From Massilicoli timonensis (GTDB taxonomy: Bacteria; Bacillota_I; Bacilli_A; Erysipelotrichales; Erysipelotrichaceae), in assembly GCF_900199515.1 (NCBI RefSeq), contig NZ_LT963434.1, positions 1,203,272 to 1,235,271 of the forward strand: DNA of 32,000 nt, given 5' to 3'. This document shows positions 1 to 7,413 of the stretch, in pieces. Position numbers and translations under genes: made by a program. The notes below the pieces were generated by a model. That model was not told where the DNA came from. It made no database searches and saw only the letters and a program-made list of their open reading frames with translations. Position 1 is the first letter of the stretch, and the number at the start of each line of letters is the position of its first letter.

Positions 1-1251
1 TGGAAATGGCATCCATCTGGAAAAGAGTTAGGAGAAGGAAATAGAGAAAATGCTATTAGATATGGTTCATCGTTACGAGTAAAAGATGGTGAAGTTGCTG
101 TATTTGTTTATAAACAAAAAGATGAAACTATGCAAGAGTTTATTGAAGGACCATATGATGAAATCATCAAAACAAATAACTTTCCTATCCTTGCAAGTAT
201 TGTGGGCTTAGCATACGAGGGGGGAACTCCTTTCCAAGCAGAAATTTACTTTATAAATCTTGCTCGTATTATCCAAGTAAAATTTGGTGTTCCATTTTTT
301 GATGTATATGATCCTAGATTTATGGATTTTGGTGTCCCAACTGCTGTTAGAGGAACTATAAGTTTCAAGATTAACGATTACAGAGAATTTATTAAATTAC
401 ATCGACTTAATACTTTTAATTTAGATGATTTTCAAAGAGAAATTAGAGATGCGGTTTGTCGTTATGTTAAAGATATCGTAGCAAATGCACCAGCTCAAAA
501 TAATATTCCTTTAGTTCAAATTGAAACAAAAACTTCTCAAATAAATGATGTTGTAGAATTACATATTGAAGAAAGATTGAATGAAGATTTTGGTGTGACA
601 GTATCTGGAGTAGACATATCTGCAATTGAACTAGATAAATCAAGTGATGGATTTAAACAATTAATGAGTGTAACGAAAGATATTGATATTGTTAAAGTAC
701 AAGCACAAACAGAAGATTATGTTGAAAGACTTCGTATTCAAAGAGAAGAAGGTCAATATGCACAACATAAACAAACTCAAACTGCTAATATTGGGGCTTT
801 CCAAGTCGAAAAACAGGCAGAAGTTGGTGTTGCTGGTGCTGAAGCATTAGGTCAAATGGGAACTAATGAAGCAGGAGATATTAATTTAGGTGATAATGGA
901 GATGGATTTAATATGGCAGCAATGATGGCCAGTATGGCTGTTGGAGGTGCTGTTGGACAAAATATTGCAGGTTCAATAAGTAATATGATGTCTGGAATAA
1001 ACCAGCCTAACCAAATCGGAATAACACCACCACCTTTACCTACTGTAATGTATTATGTTGCAGTAAACGGCGAAGCAACTGGTCCTTTTGATTTAAATAC
1101 ATTATCTCAAATGATTGTGCAAGGAACATTGACTAAAGATACTCTTGTTTGGAAGCAAGGAATGGATAATTGGGATAGAGCAGGAAATATTATTGAAATA
1201 TTATCTTTATTTAATGTTAATAACGTTCCTCCACTTCCAGAGAAATTTTAG
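1..1251 (+). CDS. SPFH/Band-7 family protein (YdjI-like, 'virion core protein' type) with C-terminal GYF_2 (DUF4339) domain; 5' end outside window
   Basis: Frame 1 is open from nt 1 (WKWHPSGKELGEG...VAVFVYKQKDET precedes the tracked Met at 130), so the gene is cut by the window edge. The body resembles the SPFH family. A Gly/Ala/Met/Asn-rich linker follows. The C-terminal VMYYVAVNGEATGPFDLNTLSQMIVQGTLTKDTLVWKQGMDNWDRAGNI fits the GYF_2 pattern. Confidence 0.8.
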   Translation, partial: WKWHPSGKELGEGNRENAIRYGSSLRVKDGEVAVFVYKQKDETMQEFIEGPYDEIIKTNNFPILASIVGLAYEGGTPFQAEIYFINLARIIQVKFGVPFFDVYDPRFMDFGVPTAVRGTISFKINDYREFIKLHRLNTFNLDDFQREIRDAVCRYVKDIVANAPAQNNIPLVQIETKTSQINDVVELHIEERLNEDFGVTVSGVDISAIELDKSSDGFKQLMSVTKDIDIVKVQAQTEDYVERLRIQREEGQYAQHKQTQTANIGAFQVEKQAEVGVAGAEALGQMGTNEAGDINLGDNGDGFNMAAMMASMAVGGAVGQNIAGSISNMMSGINQPNQIGITPPPLPTVMYYVAVNGEATGPFDLNTLSQMIVQGTLTKDTLVWKQGMDNWDRAGNIIEILSLFNVNNVPPLPEKF

Positions 1252-1446
1252 ATGGAGAGCAAAATCATGAGTAATTGGAAAAGTATAAAAAATTTCAGTA
1301 GAGATATTATTGAAGAAGTAAGAGAAAGAAATAGGCAAAGATTTAATGATGCTCAAATAGAAATTCAGATAGAAGATATAAAGAAAATAGTTTATGTATT
1401 GAAAGAACTTGATATAGAAAACGATAAGATCATTCGAATTTTGTAG
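1252..1446 (+). CDS. small hypothetical protein (64 aa, predicted helical, charged)
   Basis: The start codon abuts the upstream stop (TAGATG), suggesting translational coupling to the SPFH gene. No family recognised. Confidence 0.4.
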   Translation: MESKIMSNWKSIKNFSRDIIEEVRERNRQRFNDAQIEIQIEDIKKIVYVLKELDIENDKIIRIL

Positions 1447-1536
1447 AAGCATTGGGATTTAAGATTAAGTGAAGCTGAATACTTTTTAAATAATATGGAA
1501 TAAAACGAACGGTTTAGCTAGTTAGGAGGTGTTTTT

Positions 1537-1683
1537 ATGGAAGAAAAATTAAACAAAAATATTCTCTCATCTTCTCACATTAATTTTTTGTTCGGTGTGG
1601 GTGTGAATAGAAGTGCATTCCCTCAACTTAAAGGATTTATTAAAACTATAATGTTATTTTATTTGGGAATAGGGGGATTTTAA
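1537..1683 (+). pseudogene. 49-aa stub with SIR2/Rossmann-like N-terminal motif; probable remnant of a deleted gene
   Basis: Strong SD (AGGAGGTG, 7 nt before ATG 1537). INFLFGVGVNRSAFPQLK aligns with the sirtuin/SIR2 N-terminal NAD motif (h-h-h-x-G-A-G-h-S-x-x-S-G-I-P-x-F-R) with one gap. The ORF ends after 49 aa and no alternative frame continues it. Confidence 0.3.
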
Positions 1684-1715
1684 ATGAATCAAAAGATGAG
1701 AAAGAGGATGATTAA

Positions 1716-3176
1716 ATGAGTGCAGAGCAAGAATATTACATTAGTTTAATAGAAAGGCTATGTCATTTTTCTAACGAAACAGAGTGGTTAGAATTTAAAG
1801 TCAACAATGATGAACCATCTCTAATTGGCGAATATGTTTCTGCGTTAAGCAATTCTGCTACTATATGCGAAAAAGAAAAAGCATATATGATTTGGGGGAT
1901 TGATGATAGCACTCATGAAATCGTTGGTACTAGTTTTAGTCCGAAACAGACGAAAATTGGTAACGAAGAATTAGAAAATTGGCTATTAAGAGCATTAAAG
2001 CCAAGAGTTGATTTCAAGTTTTTTGAAATATCAATCAATGGCGTTAATGTCGTAATAATGGAAATCCCTCGTGCGAATAATCATCCAACAAGGTTCAAAG
2101 AAACAGAGTATATTCGCGTAGGTTCCTATAAGAAAAAATTAAAAGATTTTCCTGAAAAAGAACGGAAACTTTGGTTGTCTTTTGAACAAAAACCTTTTGA
2201 ATTGATGATTGCATTAGAAAACATTACTTCTTCAAGAGTCACAGAGTTATTAGATTGTGCAGCGTACTATACACTTATGAATTTACCATTACCTAGTAAC
2301 CGTGATGGTATTATTCATAATATGTTGGATGAACAGTTTATTATTGAAATGGATAATGGAAATTATGCAATTACCAATATGGGAGCATTATTATTCGCAA
2401 AGAATCTTAATGATTTTTCACATCTAAAACGTAAATCTATTCGTGTGATTCAATACAGAGGAACAGGAAGAACTAATGCAATTAGAGAACAGGTTTTTTC
2501 AAAAGGATATGCAGTTCAGTTCAGCGATATTACAGACTACGTAATGACAATCATTCCACAGGAGGAAGAAATTGATGGTGGTCCTAGAGAAGAACATATT
2601 ATGTTTCCAAAAAAAGCAGTTAGGGAAATGGTTGGAAATATGATTATCCATCAAGACCTAACTGTTCATGGAAATGGGCCAATGATGGAAGTATTTGATA
2701 CTAGAGTTGAGTCTTCAAATCCAGGCAACTTATTAGTCGAAGTAAATCGTATTATTGATACAGCTCCGCACTCTAGAAATGAGTATATTGCTTCTTTTTT
2801 GCGAATCGTTAAAATTTGTGAGGAGCGTGGCAGTGGTTTTGATCGCATGGAAGAAGGAATGAATGAACTCAAAATTCCGGCACCAAAAGTAGAAACTGCT
2901 GAAGATTTTACTCGTACTAAGTTATATTGGTACAAAAACTTCGGCGAGTGGAAAAAAGAAGATAAGATAAGAACATGTTATTTGTATACTTGCTATTGCT
3001 ATGTTAATGAAATTGAAGTATCAAATGCTGTTTTAAGAAATCGTTTTGGTATTGAAGAAAAAAACAAAGCTATGGTTTCTAGAGTAATTAAAGAAACAAT
3101 GAAACTAGGATTTATTAAACTAGCCGACAATTCTGCTCCTACAAAAATGAGAAGATATATTCCGTATTGGGCATAA
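1716..3176 (+). CDS. AlbA_2 (Schlafen-like 'divergent AAA') + HATPase_c_4 ATP-binding protein with C-terminal wHTH-like tail
   Basis: N-terminal ETEWLEFKV...YVSALSNS...IWGIDD fits the AlbA_2 domain. REMVGNMIIHQDL...ERGSGFDRM fits HATPase_c_4 (typical RExlxNAxxHRDY ... GsGi). SD AAGAGGA lies 7 nt upstream. The ATG overlaps the TGA of an 11-codon ORF (ATGA). Confidence 0.8.
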   Translation: MSAEQEYYISLIERLCHFSNETEWLEFKVNNDEPSLIGEYVSALSNSATICEKEKAYMIWGIDDSTHEIVGTSFSPKQTKIGNEELENWLLRALKPRVDFKFFEISINGVNVVIMEIPRANNHPTRFKETEYIRVGSYKKKLKDFPEKERKLWLSFEQKPFELMIALENITSSRVTELLDCAAYYTLMNLPLPSNRDGIIHNMLDEQFIIEMDNGNYAITNMGALLFAKNLNDFSHLKRKSIRVIQYRGTGRTNAIREQVFSKGYAVQFSDITDYVMTIIPQEEEIDGGPREEHIMFPKKAVREMVGNMIIHQDLTVHGNGPMMEVFDTRVESSNPGNLLVEVNRIIDTAPHSRNEYIASFLRIVKICEERGSGFDRMEEGMNELKIPAPKVETAEDFTRTKLYWYKNFGEWKKEDKIRTCYLYTCYCYVNEIEVSNAVLRNRFGIEEKNKAMVSRVIKETMKLGFIKLADNSAPTKMRRYIPYWA

Positions 3177-3287
3177 TTTTCGTTGACAAGTCGTTGATTG
3201 TTTTATACAAAAATGATTGAAAAGCTTATAATTAAGCCTATTTTCAATCATTTTTATATTAGTTTTCGTTGATAGGTCGTTGATTGT
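3177..3287. repeat. two 25-bp direct repeats (23/25 identical) carrying four TCGTTGA heptamers phased at 11 bp
   Basis: TTTTCGTTGACAAGTCGTTGATTGT (3177-3201) and TTTTCGTTGATAGGTCGTTGATTGT (3263-3287). The heptamers start at 3180, 3191, 3266 and 3277. The flanks suggest a degenerate 86-bp tandem duplication. Confidence 0.75.
3209..3255 (+). terminator. perfect 15-bp inverted repeat hairpin (probable bidirectional terminator after the AlbA_2 gene)
   Basis: AAAAATGATTGAAAA (3209-3223) pairs with TTTTCAATCATTTTT (3241-3255). The loop contains a further GCTTA/TAAGC pairing. The A-run/T-run arms give a U-tract in either orientation. Confidence 0.5.
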
Positions 3288-3582
3288 GATAAGTTTTATA
3301 TGATTAAAATGAAGATTATTATCTAAATTTAAGTTGCTTCACTAATAAGATAATACAAAGAAGACGTGGAAGAAAATGAGTTTTTAATGGCAATGAAATA
3401 GATAGACTGTTAGACATTATAAATGAAAGTTTTACTATAAAAGCTCCTTTCTCTAATCTCTTATTTCCTTCACTTTTCCCCAATCTACTCAAAACTTAAT
3501 GAAAGAGAATGTAGTTAGAGCCAACACCACAATCATATGCTCCTCTTCTCAAACCACAAAAAGGCATAAAAAGAGACGTAAT

Positions 3583-3610
3583 AAAAACCTGTGTCAAATG
3601 ATTGCACAGG
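3583..3610 (-). terminator. weak intrinsic terminator downstream of the YwaF-like gene
   Basis: CCTGTG (3588-3593) pairs with CACAGG (3605-3610), followed on the minus strand by TTTTT (3583-3587). The stem is only 6 bp. Confidence 0.4.
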
Positions 3611-3631
3611 CTTTTCAAAATATTTGCTCTA

Positions 3632-4363
3632 TCAAGACAGCACTGATCTTCTATTATAATCATATAGTACAAAGGAGTAAGCGAATAATGCAGAAGCAAC
3701 TCCTGCCAGCTCCAACAAAAGGATCGGCGATTGAAAATGAGAAAGAAAAGGCATCAGCCGCAAGATATGACTAGGCAAAGTGCTTGTCATGATGTAGTTG
3801 GTGTGAAAGAGCTGGTTGAATAGGAACACGAGCAGAAAGACAAAGTTTGCCTTGATGATCGCCGGCACTATATCTTTTCGCTCCACCCGCCACTGTAAAA
3901 CAAATAAACAGTAAAATACCGCAATCAGGAAAAAATGATGGGAGATGAAATACTGCCAGTACAGAAAACGGTCAAATCCGCAGGTAAGATCAGGTAAAAG
4001 AATGGCAGGCAGCGGACCGGCAAAAGCAAAGAAATAAAGCCAGTGAAACATCTCTTTACGGTTTGTGACCAATGCATACATGAATAAGTAACCGCTGATG
4101 AAGCAGAAATGAAGAGGAAGATGCACATGAAAATCCCAAGTACCGGTATATAGCTTCAAGCCATAATAGACCGTCATATTCAAAAACATGATACCGGCAA
4201 AGAGATAGCGCATTTGTTCACGAAAACGCCACTTCATTAAACGAAAGCGGAAGCGATAAAGCAAGTAAACTGCCAGTATCAAAACCGCTATGGTAAGCAG
4301 ATGGAGCCAGCCAAAAAGGGAGAAGCCGATCAACCCGTCGGTATCACTGAAAAAGGTATTCAT
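3632..4363 (-). CDS. YwaF/TIGR02206-family integral membrane protein
   Basis: Polytopic hydrophobic protein of 243 aa with the family-typical LPLHFC motif. SD AAAGGAAG lies 7 nt before the ATG. Confidence 0.65.
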   Translation of the reverse strand: MNTFFSDTDGLIGFSLFGWLHLLTIAVLILAVYLLYRFRFRLMKWRFREQMRYLFAGIMFLNMTVYYGLKLYTGTWDFHVHLPLHFCFISGYLFMYALVTNRKEMFHWLYFFAFAGPLPAILLPDLTCGFDRFLYWQYFISHHFFLIAVFYCLFVLQWRVERKDIVPAIIKANFVFLLVFLFNQLFHTNYIMTSTLPSHILRLMPFLSHFQSPILLLELAGVASALFAYSFVLYDYNRRSVLS

Positions 4364-4755
4364 AAAATCACTTCCTTTCTTCTTTTACAGTATAAAAGAA
4401 AAAAGTAAAGATTCCCTCTTAAAAAATATTAAGAATTTCAAAAGAATTAAAAAAGAAATAATCATAGACATTGATTTCCAAGCAAAAAAAGACCAATACG
4501 GCATAGGCAAAGACGAACCGCCATTGTATCACTTTTTCTCCTAATCATATATCTATGATCGTGAGCCTGCAATGCGTTCTATCTTTACAGATAACGCAAT
4601 CGTATTTTTTATAAATTTTATTTCTTATGATCGATCGCATACATATCGTCCTTCTCACAACATATTTTTACATTTGTTTTTACCTGTTGTTTCTTTCTTT
4701 TAGAAGCCAGTTACGCTATACTATAAAGTAGAAGCAAACGACAGGAGGCGGCCGT

Positions 4756-7413
4756 ATGAACCTTTATGAGATCCCTGAAAATGCCACGATTCTTGCACCG
4801 AGTTACCTGCATCCTTTTTTACAATACCGCTTGTTGAAACAGCACAAAAATCTGTTTGACCTGCACATGAAAACCCCGCAGGCCTTTTTAACAGAAACGA
4901 TCGGCAAAGAAGTCAATGAAACCGCAGTCTTATGGCAGTATTATCACAAGATCAAAGAAATACTGCCTGCTTTGCATATCTTAAAACGAATTGCGCCTAC
5001 CTATGCGTTTCTAAGTGAAGTGCACCGATTTTTAGTAAAACGGGAGCAATTCGCATTTGACCTTTCCACCTTGCCTAACCAAAGTGAAGTACAGCGCGAG
5101 CTCGCTTTGATCCTGCATGCACTGGCAGATCTCGCTATCATGCTCGACCCCGCAAGCACCTCATGCAGCGTGCTGCTATCAACAAAGCGCGATCTCAGCA
5201 ATGTCTATATTTTAGATTGCGGCTATTCCTTCACGCAGCAACAACAGATAGAAGCATTGTATGCATTAGGTGCAAAGCGCATCGACTGGTATGCGTACAA
5301 ACCGAAGCTCCATTTTTATCACAGCATCAATAAACGGCAGGAAATAGAAAGTGTCGCCGACCTTATCTTAACGAAACAATATCGGGCAGAAGACGTACAG
5401 ATCACCGTTTGTGATGATTCCTATAAGCCTTTTATCAAACAGATCTTTTCCCGACATCAGATCCCCCATACCATCTTATTTGAACAGCGTGCCTCTTTAG
5501 GCATGAAGGCGTTTGTGCTGTTATTGACGTATGCCATGACGCCAGATCGCGCACACTTGCTCGCTTTGTTGGATGCTTCCTTGTTTCCGATCAAGCATCT
5601 GCATGCGCTCAGCACCTATCTGCTCATCTTTGAAAAAGAACTGCATGATTCTTTTACCCATATGGAACAAGCTGTGATCAGCGATGATATTCTCTCCGCT
5701 TATGAAGTGGAAGAATTAAAGCAGATCGAACAAAAAGCACGCATTGCCAAGGAAGAATTGTTACTGCAACTGGTTCCGCTGCAACAAGACGATCTGCCTG
5801 CTTTGTTTCACCACTGCTATGATCTGCTTGCCCAAAACCGCGCCTATCAAAGCGCTTTGCCACAGATACAGACGATCTTGCAGGACAGTATGCCTTATTT
5901 GAATGAAAAAGAAGATCTTTCTTTTTTACTGGCAATATGTGATTCCTTTATGAAACAAGAACGCTGTGAGCACTATGAGGGGGTCATGATAACCGACCTC
6001 AATAAGCCGCTGCTGCATACGCCGATACATATCATCATGGGCTGCGATCAGAAACATTATCCTGCATTCAGCGGAGAAAAAGGCTTTTTTGATGAAAGCT
6101 ACATGGAACAGGTTGCTTATCCCGCTTTAGAGAAGCGCTATGCGCATGCACTGAAACGATTAGAAAAGCACCATCATAATGCACAGGAACTGTATCTGTT
6201 CTATGCACAGGGCGATTTTAAGGGAAAAAGTCAAGAGGCGGCGCCGGAAATCGAACTGCTTGCCGATAGGACATCTGTCCTTTATCCTTTATCCCAGCAT
6301 GATCATGAACGGCAAGAAGAAATTTGTTTGCGGGAAACAACGGCACGGCAGTTATTTACCCCCGACCAGATATTAAAGGGAAGTATCTCAGCATTTGAAC
6401 GCTATGTGAACTGTCCGTTTTCCTATTTTGTGCGCTATGGACTGGGGATCAAAGAACCGTTGGATGTGAGCTTCAATGTCGCCAAGATCGGTACCTTATC
6501 CCATTATGCCATGGAACAGATGACACGTCATTACCAAAAATCCTATACCAAGCATGAAGAGGCGCTGCTTCCTTATCTGGAAAGCAAAATACAGGAAATC
6601 ATGCAGGTTTATCCAAACAAAGAAGTGCTTTTATCCAATATCTTGCAGCGTTTGCATCAAAACTTACAGGTACTGCTGGGATTGTTAGACGATATGGAAG
6701 AACAGACTTCCTATGCGCCCGCTGCCTTTGAACACCGCTTTGAGGAAGAAATCCCGACCAATCAAGGCATTTTGATCCGTATTAGCGGTGTGATCGACCG
6801 TATTGACTTTTATGAACATTTTTTACGCATCATCGACTATAAGAGCAGTGCCAAAGTGCTCTCTTTACAAAATGTCTTATCAGGGAAACAATTACAGCTG
6901 CTCACCTATGCCTATGTTGCACAAAAGCAGTTTCACAAAGATGTCGCAGGCGCTTATTATCAGTCTTTGAAGAATGAAAGCATCCCTTTTCCTTATGGCA
7001 AGATCAAACGCAGACCGGTGGCTTTCCACGTTTACGAAGAGGCTGATGCACTGCGAGACAAATTAAAGAAAAGTGGCTTAAAGGGCTGGACGACATGTGA
7101 ATTTTTAGAGGCGCTTGATCATGACGGTACGCACATCAACGGTTTTTCCCAAAATAAAGACGGTGCGATACAGGCACGTACGATCTATTCTATGGAAGGG
7201 ATCAGCGAAGTGCTGTTGCAGCTCTATGATGCGATCGTAAAACAGATGATGAGCGGTGTGATCGCGCCCGCACCGATCAAAGATGCCTGCCTGTTCTGTC
7301 ATTATCATGACATCTGCCGCTATCAGGGCAATAATCGAGAACTAAAAGCATTGATCGAAGAACTGCCGGAGCATTTTTACATCAAAGGAGGAAAGCAGCA
7401 TGAAATGGAATGA
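4756..7413 (+). CDS. addB: helicase-nuclease AddAB subunit B (short form, no N-terminal Walker A)
   Basis: C-terminal PD-(D/E)XK nuclease motif (GVIDRIDF...RIIDYKSS) flanked by the Fe-S cysteines (YVNCPF ... CLFCHYHDIC). SD AGGAGG. The 3' end overlaps addA by 14 nt. No GxxGxGKT at the N-terminus. Confidence 0.9.
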   Translation: MNLYEIPENATILAPSYLHPFLQYRLLKQHKNLFDLHMKTPQAFLTETIGKEVNETAVLWQYYHKIKEILPALHILKRIAPTYAFLSEVHRFLVKREQFAFDLSTLPNQSEVQRELALILHALADLAIMLDPASTSCSVLLSTKRDLSNVYILDCGYSFTQQQQIEALYALGAKRIDWYAYKPKLHFYHSINKRQEIESVADLILTKQYRAEDVQITVCDDSYKPFIKQIFSRHQIPHTILFEQRASLGMKAFVLLLTYAMTPDRAHLLALLDASLFPIKHLHALSTYLLIFEKELHDSFTHMEQAVISDDILSAYEVEELKQIEQKARIAKEELLLQLVPLQQDDLPALFHHCYDLLAQNRAYQSALPQIQTILQDSMPYLNEKEDLSFLLAICDSFMKQERCEHYEGVMITDLNKPLLHTPIHIIMGCDQKHYPAFSGEKGFFDESYMEQVAYPALEKRYAHALKRLEKHHHNAQELYLFYAQGDFKGKSQEAAPEIELLADRTSVLYPLSQHDHERQEEICLRETTARQLFTPDQILKGSISAFERYVNCPFSYFVRYGLGIKEPLDVSFNVAKIGTLSHYAMEQMTRHYQKSYTKHEEALLPYLESKIQEIMQVYPNKEVLLSNILQRLHQNLQVLLGLLDDMEEQTSYAPAAFEHRFEEEIPTNQGILIRISGVIDRIDFYEHFLRIIDYKSSAKVLSLQNVLSGKQLQLLTYAYVAQKQFHKDVAGAYYQSLKNESIPFPYGKIKRRPVAFHVYEEADALRDKLKKSGLKGWTTCEFLEALDHDGTHINGFSQNKDGAIQARTIYSMEGISEVLLQLYDAIVKQMMSGVIAPAPIKDACLFCHYHDICRYQGNNRELKALIEELPEHFYIKGGKQHEME

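Noticed and set aside
1207-1452. 81-aa minus-strand ORF antisense to the SPFH 3' end and the 64-aa ORF
   Set aside because: It is an AT-rich shadow frame (Phe/Ile/Asn/Tyr/Lys-rich) with no SD.
3496-3774. Overlapping 67-aa (minus) and 91-aa (plus) ORFs at the compositional boundary
   Set aside because: They have no SD and no recognisable motifs. They overlap the terminator and 3' end of the YwaF-like gene and are likely spurious.
4290-4544. 84-aa Lys-rich plus-strand ORF in the ywaF-addB intergenic region, and a weak hairpin TGCGTT...AACGCA (about 4574-4605)
   Set aside because: The ORF starts inside the YwaF-like gene on the opposite strand, is low-complexity and lacks an SD. The hairpin is only 6 bp with a displaced T-run. 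This is insufficient to call an sRNA.
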